64,000 nucleotides of DNA from NCBI RefSeq assembly GCF_009914755.1, contig NC_060935.1, one strand, 5' to 3'. Under the pieces are notes generated by a model. The model ran no database searches, was not told the DNA's origin, and worked only from the letters and a program-made list of their open reading frames with translations. This DNA comes from the human T2T-CHM13v2.0 reference genome, Homo sapiens. The translations under genes and the position numbers were made by a program. This document shows, one piece after another, positions 1 to 12,953 of the stretch. Each line of letters begins with the position of its first letter. Within the stretch, counting starts at the first letter, position 1.

Positions 1-735
1 TTAGCACTGGACAGGACATCCACCCCAAAGGGATCTCACTCACTTTGTCAAATGGCCTCATTATATTAGGTTGCAGCAGCAAAGAACTATCCTCTGTAGG
101 TCACTGGAAGTGCCTCTTGTGATTAACCAGTTTACCCAGGCCTTGGACCTCCTAACAGCTGCTCAGCTTCTTAAGCTGGCCCACGAGTACAGACCAGTGA
201 CAAAGCAAGAGAAGAAGCAGGAATTGTTGGCCCATGCTGACAGGAATGCTGCCAGCAATGGAGACATCCCCACTAAGAGTTCACCTGTCCTTCAAGCAGG
301 GGTTAATACTGTCACCAACTCAATGGTGAACAAGAAGTCTCAGCTGGTGCTGACTGCACAAGATATGGATCCCATCAAGCTGGTTGTCTTCCTGCCAGCC
401 CTGTGTTGTAAAATGGGGGTCCCTTACTGTGTTATCAAAGAGAAGGCAAGGCCGGGAAGTTTAGTCCACAGGAGGACCTGCATCATTGTCACCTTCACAC
501 AGGTTAAATGGAAAAAACAAGGAGCTTTAGCTAAACTTTGGGAGCTTCAGGATCAATTACAATGACAGATATAATGAGATCCACCATCAATGGGGAGGCA
601 ACATCCTGGGTCCAAAATCTGTGGCTTACAATGCCAAGCCAGAAAAGACAAAGGCTAAAAAACATGCCACTAAGCTTAGTTAAATGCACACTGTTGAGTT
701 TTCTGTACAGAAAGATAATAAAAAATTCTCCTTCA
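1..735 (+). pseudogene. Processed pseudogene of ribosomal protein L7a (RPL7A/eL8), 5' part cut by window edge
   Basis: Intronless match to RPL7A ([54 protein letters not shown] with ancestral stop TAA at 681-683) followed by RPL7A-like 3' UTR. Frameshifts near 30 and 540 and many substitutions. Confidence 0.95.
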
Positions 736-844
736 GCCAAAAAGAATTCAAGCTTTCTTTTCTGACCTCTTATGCCCTACATCCCCACCCAATTGAAAGT
801 ATTTTTTTGAAAGAATGCCTTACTACTGATACAGTGTCAATTGG

Positions 845-1194
845 TGCTATGATTTGAATGTGTTTCCTCCAAAATTCAGGTGTTGCCAATGTGATAGTAT
901 TAAGAGGTGGGATCTGTAGGAGGTGATTAGGCCATGGGGTTCCTCCCTCATCAATAGAATTAAGGCACATATAAAAGAGGCTTCACGTAGCATTTAGCTA
1001 GCTTTCCAACTTGTCCTTTCATCATGTGAGGATGCAGCAAAAAGGCCCTCACCAGAAACCAGATGTGAGCACCTTGATCTTGGACTTACCAGCCTCCAGA
1101 AGTATGAGAAATGTATTTTATTTTATTTATCATAGATATAAATTACCTAGTCTCAGATTTTTTTTGTTACGGCAGCCCAAAATGGATTAAGACA
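845..1194 (+). mobile_element. MaLR solo LTR, MST family (MSTC-like)
   Basis: Starts TGCTATGATTTGAATG and ends AATGGATTAAGACA; internal CCTCACCAGA/CCTTGATCTTGGACTT/CCAGCCTCCAGAA MaLR motifs. Confidence 0.8.
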
Positions 1195-1547
1195 ATGAGA
1201 ATGTAATTGGTATTAATTATGTGGAAAATAAATTGGCATTATTTATGAAAATTTTAAATTGATGTGCTCTTTTAAAAGCAGCAATCCCACTTCCAGGAAT
1301 TTATCTCACAAATACACTCATATATGAGAAAGTATAAAAGAAAAATATTCCATAAAGCATTGTTTGCAATAGCAAAATAGTAAAACAAATATCTGTCAAG
1401 ATACACAAATAATTTAGTATGCATAGAATATTACTGGAAGAATATAAAAAATGATTTAAAAATTAGAGATAGTGTATATAGTATTTTTATAAATACATAA
1501 GTATATTTCATAAGTTTATAATATTTTAAAAACTAGTCACCTTCAAA

Positions 1548-1912
1548 GCCAAATGTGGTGGAATGCACCCATAATCCCAGCTACCTGGGAGGCTGAGGCA
1601 AGAGGATCACTTGAGCTCAGGAGTTTGGAGGCTTGGGCACATAGCAAGACCCTGTCTCCAAAAAAAAAGAAAAAAAAAAACTGAGCCCAGGAGTTCAAGA
1701 CTGGCCTGGACAAGATGGCAAGACCCCATCTCTACAAAAAATGAAAATGAAAATGTTAGCCAGGCACAATTGCACAAGTCTTTAATCTCAGCTACTTGAG
1801 AGGCTGAGGCAGGAGGATCCCTTGAGCCCAAGAGTTCGATATGGCAGTGAGCTATGATCATGCCACTGCACTTCTGCCTGGGTGACAAAATAAGACCTCA
1901 TCTCTTAAAAAA
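1548..1912 (+). mobile_element. Old Alu monomer followed by 5'-truncated AluJ
   Basis: Two Alu bodies, each with an A-tail (1659-1680, ~1907-1914). Confidence 0.85.
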
Positions 1913-1929
1913 AACAAGGCAAAACAAAA

Positions 1930-2765
1930 ACCTGACATTTAATATTTTTCACGGTTTTGAACAATTAAAAAAACACTAATCACCTTCAGATAATGATAGA
2001 GAACCAATTTATTATGTTGATAACTGGTAAAAAGGGAAAAAAATTAAAAATTTATCTTGCTTTTCTCTCATGAATTGTACCATTGGATAACCAAATAGGT
2101 GAAGGGAAGCTCTCTTTATAAAAATATTTTAATTAATGCATTTATTAAATGGTAGAAATGGAATATTACCATTTTGTAACCCCCAACAAATAATGGATGC
2201 ACTCAATGAGCGTCGATGGTTGCTAACATTCCAAAGAGAGACAAGAAGATATCTGCTTTCTGATGGAAGAAGATACCACTTCCTATAATCTTCCCAAAGG
2301 GATTAAACATGAGTATACTCCCTCTGCATCCAGCTGTCAATATGAAAAATATACAACTGACAGAACATGCAGACCTCCACCATAAATATAAAATCAGCAA
2401 AATCCAGACTGTGAGAAACTGCAGGTCAAACAGTTCACATTCTTCCACAGATTACTGTAAGGGAGAGAAAGAGATATATACTAAAATTATTTAAAATGTA
2501 TATTAGTTGTTTTTTTTTTTTGAATGGGCAAGATTAAACTTAAGTGCCTTGAGATACACATTTGGGTGCATCACTTCCTTGATGACTACGAAAGTGAAAA
2601 TAGCGGTTACTTTGAGGTGGAAAGAAGAGATTCTGGGGTGGCTGGCAAAGTTCTATTTCCTGACACAAATACAAGGGTGTTTATAATAGTTCCATTACAT
2701 AATACACTTTTTCCGTATTCATGTTTTAGTTCATATTAAAGATGTTTAAAGATCAATTTTTTGAA
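1930..2765 (+). mobile_element. Ancient L1M (L1MC/ME-type) 3' fragment
   Basis: AT-rich sequence with L1MC-like 3' UTR motifs, similar to the L1M segment near 27800-28100. Confidence 0.5.
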
Positions 2766-4500
2766 AAAAAGGAATATGTGCATTATACAGAGGGAAGCAA
2801 AAGACTCTAATATGTGGAGCCTCTCCCTCTGAGCCATCTCTTAGATATTTTACATACTTGCTCATTTATTCCTTATAAGTAACCTATGAGGATTGAGGAA
2901 AATATTTTTGTAAACTTTGTAAACTGAGTTTACAGAGGTCGAGTAACTTTCTCAAGGCTAAGACCATGTCACTAATAAGTGGCAGAACCAGAGCTCTAAT
3001 TTTTCCAGTACTCTGCACTGCCACTCATGAGGCTAAAGGAGAATGCTGCATGAACCCTCATCTCTCAAGCTAGACATTTCTCGGTGAAACACCTTCCTTC
3101 CTGTTGATCAATGTCTGCCACTACTTGAATAACTTAAGGTCAAGCATAGGTTAGGTATCCTGCAGTGGTTTTCTCTGATCTATCACTTGTTTTTCAGCCT
3201 AATTTGTGATGTGATTAGAGAAAGTTGCCTCCAAGGGAGAAACATAAATTCACCTGTAAAAAAAAAAAATCACACCTTTCCTCTAATAAGATCCCTTTAT
3301 GTGCCAAGCCAAAGTGCATGACCACTTGGCCCTTCCGTACAGCTCCTTCACAGTCTGAAGCATTTTCTGCTAACTAGAGGCACCAGCTGTGCCAAGACAA
3401 GCTGTTTGTCCACCCCTTGCCTGCCTTGAGTGGGAAATAATAACATGACATTGTAAAACACAGGGGTGCCCAGCAGCCTTTCATTTGGTGAAAGTAACTG
3501 CAAGGGCTCAGAGCTGGGTTAATGGATACAACAGTGCCTGTAATCAGATCCAGGTGCTGTATATACTTGTTATTGATTACGACTTCAATAATTGCAAAAT
3601 CAACCAACCAAAAGAATCATGAAAAAAATATTATGCAAGATGTCTAAACAGAGGCCCCAAAACCAGCAGTTGCTGGAGAAGTATTTATCACCTTTTTCAA
3701 GATCCAAGCTTAGGGTATTGTATGTTTGGCAAAATAGCTATATTTCAGCAGGGCTTAAAGAGATTACTTGTCTCAGGGCTTTCAGTTTGGCCGGTAACAG
3801 ATGAAGACAGATTGATTGAAAGCATTTGAACAAATATAAACTTGAACAAGCTGAATGGACGTGATTAAGTTAATTAGGGTCGATAAATGCCATTGACAAT
3901 ATCTTACAACTCTTCCTTTATCTTGGAGTATTTCTTTCTTATATAACACAGGCAAGTGGATATGGTGACTCTAATATTAAACCTGTAACTGAGTAGCCAT
4001 TCAGCCTAATTAACTAGACACCATCTCTCAATGGCCTGCTAGATAATTAACGTTTTATTTTATACATGTAATATTACTCATCATTTACTGTATGCCTATT
4101 ATGTACCAGACACTATGGCATTTACCCTGTATTTTTTGTTTTTTTAATTTATTTAACTTTTATTTTAAGTTCAGGGGTACTTGTGCAGGTTCTTTACATA
4201 GGTAAACTTGTGTCATGGGGGGTTTTTGTACAGATTATTTTGTCACCCAGGTATTAAGCATAGTACCCATTAGTTATTTTTCCTGATCCTCTCCCTCCTC
4301 CCACCTTCCACCCCCCAATAGGCCACAGTGTGTGTTGTTCCCCTCTGTGTGTCCATGTGTTCTTATCACTTAGCTCCCACTTATAAGTGGGAACATGCCA
4401 TATTTGGTTTTCTGTTCCTGCATTAGTTTGTTAAGGATAATGGCCTCCAGCTCCATCCATGTTCCTGCAAAGGACATGACACAATCTCATTCTTTTTTAT

Positions 4501-4657
4501 TTTAAGACAGGGTCTGGCTCTGTCACCCAGGATGGAGTATAGTGGTGCAATCTCAGCTCACTGCAACCTCTGTCTCCTGGATTCAAGTCATCCTCCCACC
4601 TCAGCCTCCCAAATAGCTGAAACTACAGGCACATACCACCATGCCCAGCTAGTTGAG
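4501..4657 (-). mobile_element. Alu right monomer inserted in L1
   Basis: Perfect 15-bp TSD CTCATTCTTTTTTAT at 4486-4500 and 4658-4672. Confidence 0.9.
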
Positions 4658-5802
4658 CTCATTCTTTTTTATGGCTGCATAGTATTCCTTGGTATACATA
4701 TACCACATTTTCTTTATGCAGTCTATCATTGATGGGCATTTAGGTTGATTCCATGTCTTTGGTATTGTGAATAGTGTTGCAATGAACATATGCCTGTGTC
4801 TTCATAATAGAATGATTTATATTCCTTTGGGTGTATACCCACTAATGGGATTGCTGAGTTGAATAGTATTTCTGTCTTCAGATATTTGAGGACTTGCCAC
4901 ACTATTTTCCACAATCATTGAACTAATTTACACTCCCAACAGTGTATAAGTGTTCCTTTTCTCTGCACCCTCACCAGCATCTGTTATTTTTTGACTTTTT
5001 AATTGCCATTCTGACTGGTGTAAGATGGTATCTCATTGTGGTTTTGATTTGCATTTCTCTAATGATCAGTGGTGATGAGCTTTTTTCATATGATCGTTGG
5101 CCACATGTATGTCTTCTTTTGGAATATGTCTGGTCATGTCCTTTGCCCACTTTTTCATGGGGTTGTCTTTTTCTTGTGAATTTGCTTAAGTTCCTCATAG
5201 ATGCTGAATATTAGGCCTTTGTCGGATACATAGTTTGCAAAAATTTTCTCCCACTCAGTAGGTTGTCTGTGCACTGTTGATAGTTTCCTTTGCTGTGCAG
5301 AAGCTCTTTAGTTTAATTAGATCCCATTTGTCAATTTTGCTTTTGTTGCAATTGTTTTTGGTGTTTTCACCATGAGATCTTTGCTCATTCCTACGTTCAG
5401 AAAGGTATTGCTTACATTGTCTTCCAGGGTTTTTATAGTTTTTGGTTTTACATTTAATTCTTTAATCCATCTTGAGTTAATTTTTGTACATGGTATAAGG
5501 AAGGGGTCCAGTTTCAATCATCTGCATATAGCTGGCCAGTTATCCAGCACCACTTATTCAATAGGGAATCCTTTCCCCAGTGCTTGTTTTTGTTAGCTTT
5601 GTCAAAGATCAGATATTTGTAGGTGAGCAGCCTTACTTCTGGGTTTTCTATTCTGTTTCATTGGTTTATGTGTCTGTTTCTTGTACCAGCACCATGCTGT
5701 TTTGATTACTGTAGCCCTATAGTTTAGTTTGAAGTCAGTTATTAATAGCATGATGCTTCCAGCTTTGTTCTTTTTGCTTAGTATTGCCTTGGCTATTCAA
5801 GC

Positions 5803-6261
<459 letters not shown>

Positions 6262-8654
6262 TGAATTTTGAAATAGTTTTTCCTAGTTCGTGAAGAATGT
6301 TAGTGGTAGTTTAATAGGAATAGCCTTGAGTCTATAAATTGCTTTGGGTAGTATGGCCATTTTAACAATATTGATTCTTCCTATCCATGAACATGGAATG
6401 TTTTTCCATTTGTTTGTGCCATCTCTGATTTCTTTGAGCAGTGTTTTGTAGTTCTCCTTGTAGAGATCTTTCACCTCCCTGTTTAGCTGTATTCCTAGGT
6501 ATTTATTTTATTTTATTTTTGTGGCAGTTGTGAATGGGATTGCATTCCTGATTTGGATCTCGGCTTGACTGTTTTTGGTATGTAAGAATGTAAGTGGTTT
6601 TTGCACCATCATTTTGTATCCTGAGACTTTGTTGAAGTTAATGAGCTTTTGGGTGGAGACTATGGGGTTTTCTAGATTAGAATCATGTCATCTGCAAACA
6701 GGGATAGTTTGACTTCCTCTCTTCCTATTTGGATGCCCTTTCTTTCTTTCTCTTGCCTGATTGCCGTGGCCAGGACTTCCAATACTGTGTTGAATAAGAG
6801 TGGTGAGAGAGGGCATCCTTGTCTTCTGCCAGTTTTCAAGGGGAATGCTTCCAGTTTTTGCCCATTCAGTATGATATTGGCTGTGGGTTTTTCATAGATG
6901 GCATTTATTATTTTGAGGAATGTTCCTTGGATACCTAGTTTATTGAGATAATCATGCAGCTTTTGTCTTCTGTTTATATGATGAATCATATTTATTAATT
7001 TGTGTATGTTAAACTAAACTTGCATCCAGGGATAAAGCCTACTGGATCGTTGTGGATAAGCTTTTTGGTGTGCTGCTGGATTCAATTTACCAGTATTTTG
7101 TTGAGGATTTTTGCATCGATGTTCATCAAGGATGTTGGCCTGAAGCTTTCCTTTTTGTTGTTGTGTCTCTGCCAGGTTTTGGTGTCAGGATGATGCTGGC
7201 CTTGTAGAATGAGTTAAAGAGGAGTCCCTTCTCCTCAATTTTTGGAGTAGTTTCAGCAGGAATGGTACTAGCTCTTCTTTGTATATCTGGTAGATTTCAG
7301 CTGTGAATCCATCTGATCCTGGGGTTTTTTTGTTGGTAGGCTATTTATTACTGAATCAATTTCAGAGCTCATTATTGGTCTGTTCAGGAATTCAATTTCT
7401 TCCTGGTTCAGTCTTGGGAGGGTGTATGTATTCAGGAGTTTACTCATTTCTTCTAGATTTTCTAGTTTATGTACATAAAGGTGTTCATAATATTCTCTGA
7501 TGATTGTATTTCTGTGGGGTCAGTGGTAATATCCCCCTTGTTATTTCCAATTGTGTTTAGTTGAATCTTCTCTCTTTTATTCTTTATTAGTCTAGTTAGT
7601 GGTATATATATTTTTTTTTTTTCAAAAAAAAATCTACTGGATTCATTGATCTTTTGAATGTTTTTTTATGTCTCAATCCCCTTCAATTCAGCTCTGATTT
7701 TGGTTATTTCTTTTCTTCTGCTAGCTTTGTTCTTGGTTCTCTAATTCTTTTAGTTGTGATGTTAGGTTGTTAACTTAAGATCTTTCTAAGTTTTTGATGT
7801 GGGCATTTAGTGCTATAAATTTCCCTTTTAACACTGCGTGTCCCAGTGTCCCAGGGATTCTGGTATGTTGTATCTTTGTTCTCATTAGCTTCAAAGAACT
7901 TCCTGATTTCTGCCTTAATTTTGTTATTTACCCAAAAGTCATTCAGGAGCAGGTATTCAATTTCCATGTAATTGGATGGTTTTGAGTAAATTTCTTAGTC
8001 TTTGTTTCTAATTTGATTGTGCTGTGGTCTGAGAGATTGTTTGTTATGATTTCAATTCTTTTGCATTTGCCAACTCAAGTGTCCATGGTGGTTGAGGGGT
8101 CTCCTGCCAGGGTTCCAGAGGCCTGTGGTTTCTCCTTGTCAATTCAACTCACCCATTCCTCTGGAGCCATTGTGGGCCAGGAACAAGGTCCAGTGCACAG
8201 TAGACCATGCAGGGTTCCCAGCTTTCTCCTCCTTCAGCTCAGCTTCTGGGTCTTCCCTCTGTTCACTCTTGGTGCCTTCCCTCTGAAGATCTATTAGGAG
8301 CATGCCAGTCATCTCAGTCCCTCGGTGGGAGCTGTTCCACTTAGCTGTGTCTAGTCAGCCTTCTTGCCCACCCCTAAAGATGATTTTGCACGTACAAATA
8401 TTGACACTCAGTGGCTGGGCAGAAGTTCTCTCATTTTAAATATCAATTTGAATTGGTAGCCGAAGTTTAAGAATTTACTTCAGAACTGTTCCCTGGTCCT
8501 GCTTGCCTCTGTGCAGCACAGCTGGACCATACCCTACAGGTTTCCCACTTCCACTGCAAACACCTGGGAATGCCCTGTATCATTTCATTTAATCCTCTGA
8601 ACACTGCATGGTCAGTGGTATTAGCTCAATCTTACACAAGAAAAAACTGAGGTT

Positions 8655-8949
<295 letters not shown>

Positions 8950-9058
8950 AAGAAAAAACTGAGGCACAGAGGCAAAATAACTTGTTCAAGGTCACAATCA
9001 GTATATGGTAGAATTAGAATTCAGTTTTTTGTCTATAAAACCATGTTCTTCCCACAAA

Positions 9059-9380
9059 TGTTAAGGCAAAAATTGTTAACTGCCTACTCAAATAGTCATT
9101 CTCTGCTTCCTTCTCTGTAACAAAACACCTATTTTACTCAGGGTAGCATTATTCCCTATTGAAAGAATATATTTTCCATGCTCCCTTGCAGGCCAAGTCC
9201 TGGCCAGAGAGATAAAAATGGAAATGTTGCGTGGAAAATATTATGAAACCACAATACTAGTCCCAGGCTACCAACCTCTAGACTTTCACATGATGACAAA
9301 AAACAAGCAAACAGACAAAAATCTTATTTTGTTGTCTCAGATTTCAAAAATTATATATAGCCAAATAATCCTAACCAGCA
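9059..9380 (+). mobile_element. Degraded MLT1-type MaLR LTR
   Basis: Motifs CCATGCTCCCTTGCAG, CCTGGCCAGAGAGATAAAA and ACCTCTAGACTT resemble old MLT1 LTRs. Confidence 0.5.
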
Positions 9381-9409
9381 TGCCACATATGTCAGTATTT
9401 TACCACATT

Positions 9410-9894
9410 TTGTTCTTGAGATAGGATCTTGCTCTGTTGCCCAGGCTGAGGTACAGTAGCACAATCATAGCTTACTACAGGTACAAACTTCTGGGCTCAA
9501 GTGATCCTCCTACCTCAGCCTCCCAAGTAGCTGGGACTACAGGCACATGCTGCCACGCCTGGTTAATTAAAAAGTTGTGGGGGTTTTTTTGTAGAGATGG
9601 GGCCCCACTATGTAGCCCAGTCTGGTCTTCTGGTCTTGAACTCTTGGTCTTAAGTGACCCTCCCGCCTCAGCCTCCCAAAGTACTGGGATTATAGGCTCA
9701 AGCCACCATGCCCAGCCCTCACCATGTGTTTTTGTTGTTGTTGTTGTTTTTGAGACAGTCTCACTTATTGCCCAGGATGGAGTGCAGTAGTGCGATCACA
9801 GGCTCACTGCAGCCTCGACTTCCTGGGCTCAAGTGATCCTCCCACCACAGCCTCTTGAGTAGCTGGGGCAACAGGCACACACCACCATGCCAGG

Positions 9895-9931
<37 letters not shown>

Positions 9932-10040
9932 ATGGAGTTCCACCATGTTATGCAGACTGGTTTTGAACTCCTGGGCTCAAGCGATCTGCCTGCCTTGTCC
10001 TCCCAAAATGCTGAGATTACAGGCATGTGCCACTGTGCCC
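9410..10040 (-). mobile_element. Two tandem AluJ elements
   Basis: Two dimeric Alus (~9410-9716, ~9728-10040); the second has a long middle T-run at 9896-9927. Confidence 0.9.
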
Positions 10041-10189
10041 AACCACCACATGGTTGGGTGTTTGTTTTTGTGTTTGCGTTGCACAATTTTCTAAAGCCAA
10101 ATAATTCTGCTCATAATGGCCCATCGATTAGTAAAACAGCTGTCAGTGTCCAAATTATTAGCATTATCTTACAAAAAAAAAATAAACCC

Positions 10190-10647
10190 AGACCTGGCAC
10201 GGTGGCTCAGGTCTGTAATTCCAGCACTTTGGGAGACTGAGGTAGCAGAATTGCTTGAGCATAAGAGTTCAGGGCTGCAGTGAGCTGTGATTGTGCCACT
10301 GCACTCCAGCCTGGGCAACAGAAAGACATCCTGTCTCTAAAAAAAATAAATAAATAGACCTATAGGTTCTATATTTTTTAAAAAAATACAGAATCCATGC
10401 TTGAGGATATCAAAGATATATTTAAAACTTTTCAGATACAATAACGATATTATGGTTGTTTTTAAAACTCTTGTCCTTTAATGATACATACTGGAATATT
10501 TCTGGATGAAGTTGTATGATGAGCCAGGTGCAGGCGCTCATATTTGTAATCCCAGCACTTTTGGAGGCCAAGGTGGGAGGACTGCTTGAGGCCAGGAGTT
10601 CAAGACCAGCCTGGGCAATAAAGCAAGACCCCCATCTCTAAAAAAAA
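10190..10647 (+). mobile_element. FRAM (~10190-10355) and FLAM (~10522-10647) Alu monomers within an L1M fragment
   Basis: Monomeric Alu sequences with A tails. Confidence 0.8.
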
Positions 10648-10759
10648 GTTATTAAATTAAATTGAAATTTAAAAATTAAGAAAAAAATTGTATGATGTAT
10701 GGGCCTTGCTTCAAAATAATACAGAATGGAGAAAATGGGGGGAATATAGATAAAATAAA

Positions 10760-10842
10760 ATTGACCATGAGTTGATAATTATTGCAATTATTGACCGTGA
10801 GTTGATAATTGTTGCAATTATTGACCATGAATTGATAATTAT
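10760..10842. repeat. 30-bp tandem repeat, ~2.8 copies
   Basis: ATTGACC(A/G)TGA(G/A)TTGATAATT(A/G)TTGCAATT starting at 10760, 10790 and 10820. Confidence 0.9.
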
Positions 10843-10924
10843 GTGTACATAAAGTATCATTACACTATTTTGCTTTTATCTATGTTGACATTTTCTATAA
10901 TATAATACAAAGTTAAATAAGATA

Positions 10925-11937
10925 TAGCCAGAATCAAGAGCACTTCCCACAATCTCCAAACTTACTCCTATGGTACAAGTCACCTTTTCTCACCTGCAGT
11001 TTACCAGTAGTCTCCCTAGATGGTTTCATTTCTTCTGCCTTTGCCCCTTTATAATCTATTCTACAGGGCAGCAGAGTGACCATGTTAAAATATAAATCCA
11101 AATTGCTCCTCTACTCAAAACCCTCCAAGGGCTGCCATTTTACTCTAGGTGAAAACCAAAGTCCTTGCAATGGCCTCCAAGGTGCTGTGATCTATGCCAG
11201 TATCCCCCTCAAATCTCATCTATCCTTGCCCCATTCATTGATTTTGTTTCACCCATACCAGAATCCCTGATGCTCCTAGAGAACCAGGAATTCTTTTGCC
11301 TTAATGTCTGTGCACATTCTGTTCCCTCTGCCTAGAACATGTTTCATCAAGATTTGTATACTGTTCCCTTCCTCACTTCTTTCAGGTCTATTTTCAAATG
11401 ACACATTATCAATGAAGCCTTCCCTTGACCACCATACATAAATTAGCAACACTCCACCATCATGACCTTTCCCTGGTTTGTTTTTTCTTTCTCACCCTCA
11501 CTCAGGCTGGAGTGCCATGGCACAATCACTGCTCACTGCAGCCTTGACCTCCTCCTCAAGTGATCCTTCCACCTCAGCCTCCTGAGTAGCTGGGACTACA
11601 GGCATGCACCAGCATGCCAGCTAATTTTTTGTATTTTGTAGAGAAGGGATTTCGCCATATTGACCAGGCTGGTCTTGAACTCCTGGGCCCAAGCAATCTG
11701 CCCACCTTGGCCTCCAAAAGTGCTGGGATTACAGGTGTGAGCCACCATGCCTGGCCTTATTTTCTTCATAGTCATTATCACCACTTGATGTACTATACAT
11801 TTCTTTATTTTCTACCCCTTCCATGCTATGATGCAAATTCCACAAAAGTACCTTTTTTTTATTTTGTTCACTGCTATAGTTCCAGTCACTAGAACACTAC
11901 CTGGCGCATAATAATAGGTAACTGGCAAATAAATGAA
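10925..11937 (+). mobile_element. L2 3' region interrupted by AluJ (minus, ~11490-11756)
   Basis: L2 motifs (CTGTTCCCTCTGCCTAGAA, TTGTTCACTGCTAT, CTAGAACACTACCTGGC...AATAAATGAA). Confidence 0.75.
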
Positions 11938-12953
11938 GACAAGCATTGAGATCCTCATTTAACAAATGAGAAAACCGAGGTGAAAACAGGTTAAGTAACT
12001 TGTCCAAAATAATATAGGTACTTTGGCCTAAAGCCTTTGTACTCTTCATTCCCTTTGCTCAGAATATTTCCATGTTCAAAGCAGTGTCTTAATCTTTGCC
12101 TTGCCTCAAAATCTGTATGCATTGTACTTCAGGAGCTGAAAGTACTTCACAGGGTTACGATGAAGATTAAATATAAATATGAGCATCAGTAAACTTTGTA
12201 GAATGTCAGGCCTCATACAGTTTTTAATTCTTGTGGGTTCATCTCTAAGATCAAAGTCAGAAACACTGTTTCTCCAAGCTTATTTTGATCTAGATGTGAA
12301 AATGTAACCATTCTATGGCCCGAATAAATTCCAGGCATGAAAATACAGATAAGATGTCTTATATTATTAACATGTGTTTCTTGCAAGTAATGGAAATAAG
12401 ATATTTCAGTTCCTGAAATGTACTACAGGTCTTGAACTATTCAGATGTGAGCACCTGGCCGAAAGTACACCCATGTGATTATGGTTTAACTATAGCTCGA
12501 GGTTTCATCTCTCAGTTGCAGATGCGTTTTGAGGTATATAGATAGCATATATCAATTATAGTCTGCCAGGTAGCAGACATGGAATAACTGAGTCAATTAG
12601 TAATAGTGATCCTCAATGTTTTTCAAAATACTGATTTCCAGTTTGCCAAAGAATTGTGTATCTGTAGTATTACACTGCCCATGTGAGAAGCACAATGATC
12701 TAAACATTTTGATATTTTAGGAATAAACTGTATTTATGCTTTTTTTCAGTGATCTGTAATGATTTTTATATGAATGAGCATTTTAAAATTATATGCAAGT
12801 TTGCAATTTGTCCCATTTAACTAGTGGAAAAACCAATGTGCAAGGCAAACTAACTTGTCCAAATTCCCTTAGTGGTTAAAACAAAGCAGAATGAAAAAAC
12901 TTAAAGTGGCATTTGCCTGCCAGTCTTTGCTGCTATGACTTACAAGATCATAT

